Of a stretch of DNA of 64,000 nucleotides, positions 25,961 through 38,374 are shown piece after piece (the stretch's first letter is position 1; each line of letters opens with the position of its first letter). The position numbers and the translations under genes are program-made. The notes beneath the pieces were generated by a model that was not told where the DNA came from, did not search any database, and worked only from the letters and a program-made list of their open reading frames with translations. The DNA comes from Lama glama (lineage: Eukaryota): positions 15,130,001-15,194,000 of the forward strand of contig CM052818.1 of NCBI GenBank assembly GCA_028534125.1. The letters run 5' to 3'.

Positions 25961-26518
25961 ATGGGAGTTTGGGTCGTTAGTGTCACTGTCATTCCCAAAT
26001 GGTGCTGGGACGGATGGATTTGTTCTCACCTGGCCACATGTTTTGGGGGGAACTGTGCTAGATTCGAACTCGATTTGCTTGTAGTTGTTGACTGGAGCCT
26101 CCCCTCCCTCAGGGGACATGTTCAGTCTGGCCTCTGTTAACTGACTCTCTGTGTGGGGGGCAGTTGACTCCCCCATCATGACCAAGGACAGTGATATGCA
26201 CTTCCCATCCTTAAACCGTGCCTGGTCCAGGCTCTCACCTCCCAGTGGGCTTCCCCAGATCTCTGCCAAGTGAGGTTTCAGTCAGAGGTGAGACTCCCCC
26301 AGGGAACCATTTTTGCTGATCTCGGTTAACTATTCTGTTTTATACTTTGGGGCACTCATGTGGAGCAGAGGCAACCCATACACTGTAGAGGAGGTATACT
26401 GGGCAGATGGCACCTGGTGTAGGTGTCCCACTGTTCTATTTCATTTTTAAACATGAATTATTTCCATCCCACCTTGATGCTGTGGGTACCTTTTTTTTTT
26501 TCAGTTGAACAATGTACC

Positions 26519-26640
26519 TTTTATTTTATTTTATTTTATTGAAGTACAGTCAATTATAATGTGCTAATCTCTGGTGTACAGCACAATGTCCCAGTCATGC
26601 GTATACATACATATATTCATTTTCATATTTTTTTCCATTT
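26519..26640 (-). mobile_element. Short L1 3'-terminal fragment
   Basis: (ttatt)n tail then attgaagtacagtcaattataatgtgctaatctctggtgtacagcacaatg. Confidence 0.8.
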
Positions 26641-27759
26641 TTTGCATAGATGGTTGCATTGCCTACTCACTGATGCTTCTTGTCATCAGTCTCCCTCTTC
26701 CCAAGCCATCCTGTTGACACTGTAACCAGGGTTCCCTTTCTGAAGGATTCGGACAGAGGAGCACTCCAATTCCCAGACCACGGATTGGCTCCCATTCTTA
26801 ATAGGTAGGACCATGCCTGCGAATACGCCTCCTCGGTCCTGTGTTCTGTCTCAGGCCGTGAGCTGAGGAGGAGGCTACCCTCCCCATCTGGGCAGGGCCA
26901 CCTTACTCTTTCTTTTCCTCTGACTATCATTATCCCCTGGGCCCTGTCTCACTGGAAGAGGCCTGAAAAGGCCTGCCTGTGTTAAGCCTAAACTATGTGC
27001 TTTAGCCTAGTTTAATAAGTCTCTGCAGTGGAATGAAGGGCACAGGTCTAGCCCACACTAATAAAGTGGGTCATGTTTTCCATTTTCTCTTGTCTCCTGG
27101 CAGTTGATCTCCATCAAGACCATGCCAGGGGAGAGACTCCAAGTCAGGACTCAGGTATCCTGAGTCCTCTAGTCAAACAGCAGTTAACAATACGCCAAGG
27201 CCCTCCCAAGCACTGCAACTCACCATTACTACTAGTATCATTAATATTGCAAATTACTATTATTATTATATCCTCGTATTATTACCTTGATTTTGTCTGT
27301 CTAGAAAAGGGTTTACAAACCTAAGTTTATAACTTGGAAGCCAGGCAGGCAACATAAATGAACAAAGCAGACCCTCATATGTCTCCTCCCCATCTCCTGT
27401 TCTCCCGTCTGTGATAGAGACATGGGTTCAGAGAAACATTTCTCTATTATGAGAAGAATAAGATAAAGGTCAGTGATAAATGGCAGCTGAGACTCGTCTT
27501 AGTGCTGGAAAGGCTACAGGGAACTGGACTGTGGCAAACTGGAGAGTGAGTGCTCTGTGTTGGGAGCCGGCTGCTGCTCCTGTCCCACTGCTTCAGTCCA
27601 TGTGGGAACACAGGCCTATCATTGCCCATTCTGGGTTAAAAAAGAAAAGCAAGCCAGATTCTGGGGTGGGGGAGGGGGAATTCCTGAATTTAAATATTAG
27701 CTCAGTGTTTTAAGAAACAAACACTGTGTGGAGCAAATTATAAATGTCTGGGAGCCACT

Positions 27760-28255
27760 GGATGATAACTTTTGGCTTAGAAGGTGAAGCTCAGCCCCTT
27801 AGCTTGACACACAAACATCCTCAGGGTTCTGCCTGCACCTCCTCTTGCCTCACTTCCTGCTTCTCTCCAGACACTCTGCAGCCACTCTGCACTACTACCT
27901 GGCATGCTTTCCCCTTTCCTGGCCCCGGGCTTCTGTATGCGCTGCTCCTTGGAATGTCCTCTGGCTGGTTCATTTTGTAAATAATTTATTCTTACATGTC
28001 CATATCAAAATTGTCTCCTGTTTCTTTTATAACCTCCCTGCCACCTCACAACTAGGCAGAGATAGAGTCTCACTTCTCTGGGGTTTCCGAGCACAGTCTC
28101 CTCACAGAACTTACCAGACTCTCTTGTCTTTGTGAGGTGCGTACTCACCCTCCTGGCTCATCACCGAGGCTGTGATGAGTGTTCCCTGCACTCTGCACAG
28201 TGTTTGGCCCTGGATCAGTGCTCAGTAACTATCGTAGAATAGATGAGTAAACAAA
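27760..28255 (+). mobile_element. L2 LINE fragment
   Basis: ctgtatgcgctgctccttggaatgtcct...gcacagtgtttggccctggatcagtgctcagtaactatcgtagaatagatgagtaaa. Confidence 0.55.
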
Positions 28256-28449
28256 TTCTCTATGCACTACACTTAGGTTAGATTTAATTTTCTTGCAAGA
28301 TGCCTTCATGTTTGTTGCAATAAAATTTTGGAGTGTGTGTGACAATGGCTATCACTTTATAGTGCCCATTTGGAATGGTCTAACACATAGCTAACCTATT
28401 GTGGGAGTTTTATTTTTGTTTTTGTTGTTTTTTTAGTATTTTTAAGTTT

Positions 28450-28594
28450 CCTTTATTTTATTTTTTGTTGTTCTTGGCAGGGGGAGGTAATTAAGTGTAT
28501 TTATTTGTTTTATTTTTTAATGGAGGGACTGGGGATTGAACCCAGGGCCTTGTGGATGCTAGGCATGTGCTCTACCACTGAGCTATACCCTCTC
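28450..28594 (-). mobile_element. tRNA-derived SINE (Vic-1-like)
   Basis: ggggaggtaattaag...ttaatggagggactggggattgaacccagggcct...atgtgctctaccactgagctataccctc. Confidence 0.9.
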
Positions 28595-30203
28595 ACCTCG
28601 TGGGAGTACTGATATGTTGCTGACCTCTCAAGGTGACACTACTCTTTTCCAAAGGAGGACATCTGAAGTGGCGTCTTTACTCCTGCGCTAAAACATTAAA
28701 ATTTAATGCAATAGCTTCATGCTTTGTTAAGAGCTTATCTGATCAAGAAAGGGAGGGCGAATGATATGGGGACTTTTTTTTTTAACACCACTCTTTTCCC
28801 AGTGCTTTGGCAGGATTAATAGGGGAGTCAAAACAAGGATGAATATGTATGCCGTATCCATTGATAAAGCCTTAAAAGTAGTGAGCTGTGAAATTCCATT
28901 CGTATTTAAGTTTCCTATTCTAAGTACACTTGCAACCCCTCCCTCTGGCCACCCATGCCACTTGACATTTTTCTCATCTGACGGCTCGGAGATAGGAATT
29001 TTGTAAATGTCTCTCTCGGGGTTAGTTTTAAAAAGAAAAGGAAAGCATGCTAAGTGCAATGGCTGAATTACAAATTTAATCAAACCTGTAATTTAAATAA
29101 GCTCCCAATAATAATAGGCTGAGAGCTTGTCGGGCTGTGTTGGGTCTGGTTTATTTTACATGGATTATGACAATGGAACCACAAAGCGTAGCCTTTTAAG
29201 TGCTTTTACCCGTTAGCTTCATCAAGTAACTGTAGGTTTGTGTCCATCAATAACAACGGAGGCTGACACCTGGGGAAGGAGAAGTGAATCTTTCCCTTTA
29301 CAGACTTGGCAGGAAAGGAAAGTGCCCGAAAGCATGTGCTGCAGGCCTGTGGATGTTCAGAGCCCAGTGAAAGGAAGTAAGAAGAGTGTGCAGTGGAGCG
29401 GCTTTGCCTTGCTGAATTAAGAACACTCGTTTCATTTCTACTTGGTCCCTTTGACCCATTCAGCATCCAGTAAGATTGCGGTAGGCTCACTGTTGGTCAG
29501 CTCAGCATGAGTGTGCCTCAGAAAATGCTGTTTTTTGAAAACGTAAATTAAAAGAAAAAAACTCATGATGAAAATGGGAAAACAAATAGCCAGAGATGGC
29601 TTCCTAACTCCAGTTTGTTTAAACAGGGTGAAGGAAAACACAAAGCAATGAGAAAGTCCAGAGGGAAAAAAAATCCCATTTATCTGAAACCAAGAATATC
29701 CTCCGCCCTCACCCCACCAAATCATTGATTGTGAAGAATTTTGTGTTCTTGGTTGACACTGATCTTGGAAAGGTCACAGTTTTCTCTGGTTAGAAATATT
29801 TACTATTATCTCTGGAAGGAACAATATGGAAATCTTGTGCTCTAAAATAAGCTTCAGGTCAGTAAAAAGAGTCCAATATATATCTAGATTAATTTTAAAA
29901 ATGTTGATCATGGGAGATTAAATTGCCAGATACTTTTTCTCTTGGGTGAGATAAATTGTTGGGATCTCTCTTGGTGTTATTAAAACATGTATTTTTACCG
30001 TCAGTTCAAAATTTATTGAGGGAACCACAGAGGTTGAGTTACCTATTAAAATTAGTTCAGGCTGGTTTGGAGAAAGGGGGTCATACTTAAAGCCATTTTA
30101 GTAGTTCCTGTCTTTAGCTACACTTACTATTCTTTGAGGCAGGGAAGGGTTATGGACAGTGGATGCATATGAGAGTTAACTAGGAAATTTTATTTATTTA
30201 TTT

Positions 30204-30487
30204 GACATCTCTCCAAAAGAGGGAATGCAGATGGCCAACAGGAGCACGAAAGCTGCTGAGCATCACCAATATCTTGGAAATGCAAATCAAAATCACGAGA
30301 CACCATCTCACACCTGTCAGAACGGGTATCATCAAAAGAACACAAAAACTGATGTTGGCAAGGATGTGGAGAAAAGGGAACCCTTGTGCACTGTTGGCGG
30401 GAATGTAAGCTGGTGCAGCCACCATGGAAAACAATACAGAGGTTTCTCAAAAGCCCCAAAACAGAACCACCATATGGCCCAGCAATT
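30204..30487 (+). mobile_element. L1 ORF2 C-terminal fragment
   Basis: gacatctctccaaaagagggaatgcagatggccaacagg...; translates to [15 protein letters not shown] and [16 protein letters not shown]1 ORF2 Cys-rich domain. Confidence 0.88.
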
Positions 30488-30496
30488 GGGCATACA

Positions 30497-30692
30497 GAGA
30501 ATTACCTAGGGAATTTTAAAACATACTGGTGCTCAGGCTTCTTCCAGATATTCAAACTTAATTTATTGCGTTGGAGGGAATGGAAGGGGCATTGGTATGT
30601 GTGTTTGTGTCTGTGTGTGTGCATGTGCATGTGTGTGTGTTTAGCATTTCCCCCAAGTGATTCAAATGTGTGTTCAGAGTTGAGAACCACTG
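30497..30692. mobile_element. MER5A-like hAT element (with internal TG-rich microsatellite 30598-30640)
   Basis: gaattacctagggaattttaaaacatactggtgctcagg...ccccaagtgattcaaatgtg...agttgagaaccactg. Confidence 0.7.
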
Positions 30693-30717
30693 GAATCATG
30701 AAGATGGGGTGACCTAT

Positions 30718-31180
30718 TGTGGATTAAATTATGTTCCCCCAAAAGACATGAAGTCCCAAATCCTGGTATTTGTGAATGTGATCTTATTTGGAAATAGGGT
30801 CTTTACAGATGTAATTAATTAAGTTAAAATTAGGTCATACTGGATTCAAGTGGCCCTAAATCCCAAATGACTGATTTCCTTATAAGAAGAGGAGAGACAC
30901 AAAGAGACACAGACACAGAAAAAAGGACCATGTAAAGACAGAGGCAGAAATTGGAGTTATGCTGCCACAAGCCAAGGAATGCCAGGGATTGCCAGCCACC
31001 AACAGAAGCTAGAAGAGTCTAGAAAGGATTATTCACGGTGGCCTTTGGAGGGAGCATGACCTTGCTGAAAACTTTGATTTCGAACTTCTGGTCTCCTCCA
31101 GAACTGTGAGAGAATACATTTCTGTTTTAAGCCACTCGGTTCGTGGTAATTTGTTATGGCAGCCCTCGGAAACTCATACG
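30718..31180 (+). mobile_element. MLT1B/C-like ERVL-MaLR solo LTR with 5-bp TSD
   Basis: tgtggattaaattatgttccccc...gtgaatgtgatcttatttggaaatagggtctttacagatgtaatt...ttgttatggcagccctcggaaactcatac; TSD cctat at 30713-30717 and 31181-31185. Confidence 0.92.
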
Positions 31181-31325
31181 CCTATTGTTCTCCTTCATTT
31201 AGAAGAACCGCGAACTTGTAGGGAAAATACTAAAAGGAGACTCACCTTAACAAGATTTGTTAGATCTTAAAAGAGATTCCAGAAAGAGATTTTTTGGCTG
31301 TTGGCTATTAAAATAGTGTGACCAA

Positions 31326-31478
31326 GGCAAGAGGTTATAGCTCAGTAGTAGAGTGTATGCTTGACATGCATGAGGTCCTGGGTTCAGTCCCCTGTACCTT
31401 TGTTAAAAAATAAATAAGTGAGTAAACACAAATAGATAAACCTAATCACCTCCTCCCAAAACAAACAAACAAAAATTT
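31326..31478 (+). mobile_element. tRNA-derived SINE (Vic-1-like) with TSD
   Basis: gaggttatagctcagtagtagagtgtatgcttgacatgcatgaggtcctgggttcagtcccctgtacc; TSD aaatagtgtgaccaa (31311-31325) / aaatagtttgaccaa (31479-31493). Confidence 0.92.
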
Positions 31479-31481
31479 AAA

Positions 31482-31598
31482 TAGTTTGACCAACCATTCC
31501 AGTTTTCCCAGGACTCAGGGAGTTTTAGGGATTTGGAACTTTCAGTCAGGGTGACGTATAGGAAAATCTCAGGAAATCCAGGACAAACTGTTCACCCC
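31482..31598 (+). mobile_element. MER94-like hAT-Blackjack element
   Basis: tgaccaaccattccagttttcccaggactcagggagtttt...ggaactttcagt...ccaggacaaactgttcaccc. Confidence 0.65.
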
Positions 31599-34394
31599 AA
31601 ACAAGATGGAGGCATGTCAAATCAGACTGTCAGAGAGTCCTGGACAGCAGTAGCTAAACCAGTGTGGTTCTCTAAATTTGGACCAACTTAATCAAAAACA
31701 TGTTAAAACAAATGGTTCTGGACTACTGTTGGCTTTGGCTTTTTATTTCTAGGATTAGATTTGTGTGTTGAAGGCCAGTGTGGTCTTTTAGACTTTTGAA
31801 ACAGGAAGATTTACAAATGGCTGAATCTCTTTTACCAAATGAACGGGTCAAAGGTGAGCCGTTCTTCCCTTTCCTGTCTATTCATGGAAATCGGGAATCA
31901 GATATGGTTTCAGGAGAAGCCTGGGGATCTGAGTCTGGCCAGGTGAACCCTTTCAAGAAACACAAGGGCATCTCAGAGGAGGCAGGATTTCTGTTCCACG
32001 AATGAGAAGTGATGGAAGTCAGGACCAAGATGATTGAGAGTACCACTCGGGATTGTGGAGATGAGCCACTTCTTCTCACGTCTCATCGAAGAGCCATTCT
32101 GATGCCTTTTAGCTAAAACCGACTTGTGATGAGATTATGTCACAGGAGCCAAACCACTCTGGCTGAGCTCTAAGAGCCTTTCTTCTCATACTGAATTTGG
32201 TTATAGGATGAGTTGTGTTACACTTGTGTTTCCTAGTGGTGTCTGTCAGTCACGACAGGACTTGTAAGAATGTGTTAGGTTGGATCTATGATTCTTGAAA
32301 GAAGACGAATATGACTATGGTATCTGTAGAAGAAAGGCTGCTTCTTTCAAATAATAGGTCGCTGATTCTCTGTGATGGCAAGTGCAAATTTTTCTTTAGT
32401 TGGAAAGTATATTCTAATAGCAAGTGGTCCATGCATTTAGGAAGAAGTTCTAATGAAGTATCTAGTCCAATTGGGTTATTACCAAGAGGCAAAAAGCTTT
32501 TCAAGGACACTCAAATTTTAAGTGCTACCTAGGGGGAAATAGTGATATTATGCTGCATATGCAGTGGTAACCGTGAGGGTTAGAATAGAACAAAATCCAT
32601 CCTATTTCCAATGTTCCACGTTCCACATTTTTGTTGTTCAAAATGGACATGCATTTGGCAATGTCATTCTGAAGAGCTATCAGAGGACATTTCATAGACT
32701 CTTTGTAGAGACATATTTTTGGTTAAAAATATTAAATTTGGAGGACTGAGAGGAGACATTCTTGGGGACCAGTAGTTGTTTTTATTCTTTGCATGATTTT
32801 TCTGTACTTGATCATTGTCTCCTTCTTAAATGAAATCAGAATAAAAGGACTGACTCAGCCTATTTATTTTCAAGATATTCTGAAAATTGACCAATATTAT
32901 AAAGCACTTTTTGATTTAAAAACAAAAGTGTCATTAGTGGAGAATACTACTGTTAACTGGCAGCATGTGACCTCAGGGTACCAGCCATAGTTACTCCCGT
33001 GGACTGTGCTGGAAGCCACACTGATAGTCACAATCTGTCAGTTGTTCTCTTTTTGTAAATGTGATTCCAGTTTATGAATCTCTTCCTCACATGACAGAGG
33101 CATCTCTATCTTGGTCCTTTTTGGCCACAGTGGTTTTGACCACAGTGGTAAGTGGAGATGTACTGACCACCAGCCTTATTAGGCAGCATTTGTTTCTCTA
33201 GACACTTTCATTAACATTGCACTAACCTCTGTTTCTAAGAAAGAATAATTGGTTCCATGTCAAAAGGCTACAGAATGTTCTTCAAAGCTGTTCCTTTTTC
33301 TGGGTGAGGGACGGTGGTGGAGACAGTATTTACCTTTGATTTTCTGATTTCTGTGTCATGGCCAAAGCTGCCAAAGTTACTGAGTTTTAGATCTCATTTG
33401 AACTTGGCTTTGTGCAATGCAAGAAAACCTCTATACTTAAAAACCACTGCCGCAAAGTAATAGATAAGTCTGAGGCAGATAATCCTCCCCTGCACACAAC
33501 TTAATAAATAAGCCATGCAGCCCTCTGCATACTCACTGATTTTTCCTAAGAAATCCGTTCTATTTAGCCTTTTAATTTCCCCAGTGTTCACAGCCATGCT
33601 GGCATTTTCAAGAGATAAGCCCACACACTTTTTCCTTAGGAAATAAAAAAAAAAAAAAGCTTTGACTAGAGCAAAATGTATTCTGTGCTAAATCATTATT
33701 TTCAAGCAGTACCTTTTGTTTCCTTGTTTTTCATATTATCAAAGGGATGACTCTTAATCATGTGAAGAGCATGGTTGCTGATCATGCCAAAACTGGGTCT
33801 GTCTTCATGTGAACAACTGCTTTCCTCCCCCGATTTCCTTCCCCTAATGCTGGTGCCAGGCATGGAATGAATGCCACCCAAGAGGATTTGGGGAACCCCA
33901 AGTCTCCAAAGCAGAAACAAAAGGAAAAACTTGTCCAGGATTACCTTAGTAACATGCAGTTTATTATAATACTAATTTGCATAATGCCTTCCTTTTTAGC
34001 AATGATCCCACTGTTAAAACCAAGTGGCCTTATAAAAAAAAATGTTTCCAGCTGCCTAAGCTCAGAGGCTAACCAGGAGTAAAATCTTTGCCACAACAGC
34101 ATAACGTCCCCTTATTAACAGAGCCTCTGGAGGCCTGGTCTGGGCAGCCAGCTCTTATTTTGAGTGTTTTTGTTTTTTTTTTAACCTTCCATAGTTGGGA
34201 TTGAGTTCTTAAAACTGGTCTTGCCAATGATAACCAAAGTTACTTGTCAAAGCAGAAATTAAGGAAGAAGCGAAAAATTTGAAATGATGCATTATGTTTA
34301 GAATAGGTGTGTGGTTAGGGGATGGGATGTGGGCACCAGTGGAAGAAATTGAAGGAGGTGCAAGTGTTCATGTGAAGAAAAATGGCTCAGCAAT

Positions 34395-34935
34395 TTCTTT
34401 TAATGTTAAGCCCTATAACTATCCTATGACTTAGCAAGTCTGCTTCTGGGAATTTACTTAAGATAAATAATGTGTATATTTATCAAAACACTTGTACAAA
34501 TATGTTCAGAGCACCTGGCTTATCATAGCCTCAAACTGGAAACAACCCAAATGTCCATTACCAGGAGGGTGGAAAAACAAACTCTGATATATTCACATAA
34601 TAACCTAATAGAATACAGACATGGGTGAACATTGAAAATACTATGTTGAATGAAAGAAGCCAGACATAAAATAGTACATACTGTATGATTCCATTTATGT
34701 GAAGCCAGAATAAGCAAGACTAATTATGGTAATAGAAATTAGAACCATGGTTGCCTCTGGGTGGTAGTGGTAGGATTCACTGGTAAGAGCATGAAAGAAC
34801 TTTTCATGGTGATGGAAATATTTTACATCTTAACCAGCATTATGTTTACATGGGTATATACATTTATCAAAACTCATCAAATATACACTTAAAGCCTCTG
34901 CATTTTATTTTATGTAAATTATCTTAATTTGAAAG
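34395..34935 (+). mobile_element. Old L1 (L1M) 3' end
   Basis: aaactggaaacaacccaaatgtccat...aaagaagccagacataaaatagtacatactgtatgattccatttatgtgaa...aaaactcatcaaatatacacttaaa. Confidence 0.85.
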
Positions 34936-36350
34936 GAGGAAAAGAAAACAAATAAAAAATAGCTCAGCTTTTCTATTGTTCAAGTACTTAACTGATTAAT
35001 TGGCAGCAGTCGGCTCATTAGCAGATCATTGCAGTGTGGACGGAACTTTGTTCTCAGCCTAATGGTTTGTTTAACTGTGCTCACCAGGAACTCTTAATCC
35101 ATCAAAAGGATTTTAAGACCCTAATAATTAGCTTTAACATTGTAAGAGGACACACAGACAAAACTCATCTTCCTGCCAGGACTGACAGATGCTGTTTTGA
35201 GAAGCACAGGAACCATCACATCAGTTCAAGTTACCAGTCATTAGACCAGAGTAGAGTTCAGATGAGTGGAATCTTAATTTGTTGAAAGTTGATAGGCTGC
35301 CAGTTGTACACACATTTTTTTTTTCTTTCATTCTTCATTTGTACTACTTCTGTATCTAAAATTATGGAAGAGTTAGATGTGTTTCCACGATACTGGCCAT
35401 TTTGCTTCTGAAAGTCATGTCTGGAACTCTACTACAGGTGCTTGGCTTGTAGAAAGGATACAGGGCACTTGGTCCCACTGTGAGCAGTTGTTCTCTTAGA
35501 GTCATGGGAATTGAGGAAATCGAAGAATTTAAACCAGAAGTGCAAGCAAGCTCCAGCTGCATTTAAATTCCAGGTTTGTGAGTCTAAAAGTCTCAAGAAC
35601 CTAAGAGGACACCTGACAATTCATATGTGTTCTGTGGACCTGAGCTCTGACAAATAAGTGTGCCTTCCCTTTAATACTTGACAGTGTTTCACTTCTTAAT
35701 TTACTATTTGGCTACAGTTGTCACTGTAATAAAGTTATATATTTGGGGACTCTGTCGGGTTCTGGAAGATTTGCTAGTGTATTTTCTTTCCTGTGTATTT
35801 AATAAAATCGTTTATTAGTCTGTTCAGGAGTTTTGTTTGGAATTGCAGGTGTGAGTTGAAAGCCAGGTGTGAACTAAATTACAACATATGCAGAAGGGAC
35901 CCCTTACAGGTGGAAAATGCGTATTTTCAGCTGACCCACTCCTCAGGTAACAATAGGTGGGAGTAAAATATTCACTGTAGACTATGTAATTACCATTTTG
36001 CTATTTTTTTTAAAGCTTCAAAATTGTGATCAAGTAGCATTTGATGGGATTGAGTAGCAGAGAAAGAGGAAGGGGAAGGAAAATTTGATCGAGAAGCCAA
36101 ATCATTGAGAAACACGTAGGAGGCTGTGGACGCTCAGATGAGCTCTCCGTGCTGAGGTGTAGGGTAAGGCACGGAGGAGAGAAGTGAAGACACAGGCGGC
36201 TACACTAATTGGAACACACAGAGGGGCAGTCAGTGGGACCGGCTGAGGCCAGGCTGCAGCCTCAGAAGCACCAGCAGTGTCCTAATAATTAGGAAATGCA
36301 AACATTGTGGTGATTGGTTGCACAACCAACTTACAATTTCAGGTCATCCA

Positions 36351-36450
36351 GTATTTAATTAATAATTACTTAATTAATTAAGGTATTGGAGATTGAACCC
36401 AGGACCTGGTGCAAACTAAGCATGAATTCTGCCACTGAGCTATACCTCCC
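36351..36450 (-). mobile_element. tRNA-derived SINE (Vic-1-like), short
   Basis: ggtattggagattgaacccaggacctggtgcaaactaagcatgaattctgccactgagctatacctccc. Confidence 0.85.
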
Positions 36451-37009
36451 ACCACATTAGTTTTAAACAATAGTGATTTCAGCATCAATTCCAAGAGACT
36501 AGAGGAATTACACTTTAAAAAGCTATATTTTAAAATATTTGAATAAGTAACTCCTGAAGCTTAAAATACGACATCTTATACAATAATTCACAATAGAGTT
36601 AAAAAGGAGTTTATGATTTTCCTGACTGGAACTCCATTTAGTTAAATACTGACACTTGTTTTTATTACAAGGCCTGGTAAGATATATTTTTACCATAGTA
36701 TAATAAAATACCTGTTAGGAATTTTAACACTGCGAAAGCAAGGCAAATAATACAATTCAGTGAATTTAACAGATTTAAAAATGCATTGCCTATTTTGTTC
36801 AGGTACAAGTTTTCCAAGACTAACTAACTCAGCATTCAGTGTTATAACCAGTAAATGGGCAGGGAATGAGTTTGTATGTGTGTGTATGCAACTGAACATT
36901 TTTTAAAAAAGCAAAACATTTAGTGTAGTGGAAATGATTTACCAAACCTTTAAAAATAATTTAATAATTCCTATCTTACTAAAAAACTTTCATTAAAAAT
37001 AAATTAAAA

Positions 37010-37445
37010 AAATAATTTATACACAGGAAAATGCACTAATGTGAAGTATATAGTGTGATGGATGTTTTGTATACATAAACAATTATGTATTCATCACCCT
37101 AGAAATTTCCTTGATATTCTTTTGTAATTAAAACCTCTTTATAGTCAAAAGTTACTACTATTCTGATTTCTATCACCATAGATTAACTTTGTATTTACTT
37201 GAGCTTCATAAGAATGGAATCACTGCTTTGACTCTATTTTGCTCAACAGGACGCTTTCAGAATTCATCCGTATTGTTGCATCAGTGATTTGTTCTTTTTT
37301 ATTCCTGTGTGTTATTTCATTCTATTGAAATTTGTTTATCCATTCTCTTGTTGAAAAGTTGGGTTTTTTCAGTTCGGAGCTGTGAGGAATGAAGCCGTTA
37401 TGAGCATAGTGGTTGTGAGTCTTTTGGAGACATATGCACTCATTT
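37010..37445 (-). mobile_element. Old L1 (L1M) 3' end
   Basis: actactattctgatttctatcaccatagattaactttg...aattcatccgtattgttgca...tttgtttatccattctcttgttga. Confidence 0.8.
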
Positions 37446-37868
37446 CCAAGTCCCACCCTATGGATGGTGATTCAGTAGTTCTTGAGCCCTTCTTCCAAGT
37501 CCCCCACTCCCCACACCCCCTTCCTCCTGTGATACAGGTTACTGGTCAGGTTTGGGAAATTTCACCCACGATGGTAAGATGCCAAATGTAGAATATAATT
37601 TAGGGAACCAAATGACGATCTGGAAAATGAAAGGTCTACATAAAATTTGATTCTGCAAGCTGAAAAATCAGCTTTATTTTATTTTAATGACCACCACTGG
37701 ATGGCCGCTTGGCCAGTTGTCCTCGGGGGAATTCAACTTGCCCTTTGCCCTGTATTGCAGAGCCCTAATCTGGGTTCTGAGGGCTCAGTCTCTGTAATGA
37801 AGAAGGGAGGCTTGTTCTACCTCCTGTTGGAAATGGGAGTGCCTTGGGTGTTTGACTTCTTTCCCATG

Positions 37869-38374
37869 TGTCGACTGAAAAAATGTATAACCTAAAAATG
37901 AGAGTTATGTTTTATTCAGCAGACGTTTCTGAGGACTTAAGCCTCGGATGCCGCCTCTCAGATCGCTCTAAGAGACTGCCCTGAAGAGGCAGGAGAGGAG
38001 CCAGGATACATAGGAGTTTTGTAGCAAAGGCCAGGTAGTCGGGAACATCAAAAGATTATTGTTAATTAAAGAAAGTCAGATATCTCAAGTTAAGGAATTT
38101 GGTGCTTTTCCATGTATGGAAAGAAGCAAAATCTGGGATCATTGAAATTGTTCCTTTGATATGCACCTAGCTATCTAGGGCCAGTATCCCGTGCTTTCCT
38201 GTCCTGAGTTCCCTCAAGATGCACTGCTGGGAGTGGAGGCAGAGGCTGGGCTGCCTGCTTGTCTCCATCCTGAGTTCCCTCTGGCTCACTGTCAGGGGCG
38301 GTGGTAGTGGCTGATGATTTGATGGCTGCAGCATCCTTTGTGCCTGATACGGCAGGCAGTATATTTCATTTACA
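37869..38374 (-). mobile_element. ERV1 solo LTR (MER41-related, tentative)
   Basis: TG...CA termini (tgtcgactg...atttaca); reverse AATAAA at about 37901; 4-bp TSD-like catg/caag; gaggacttaagcc...cctctcagatcgctct motif. Confidence 0.78.
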
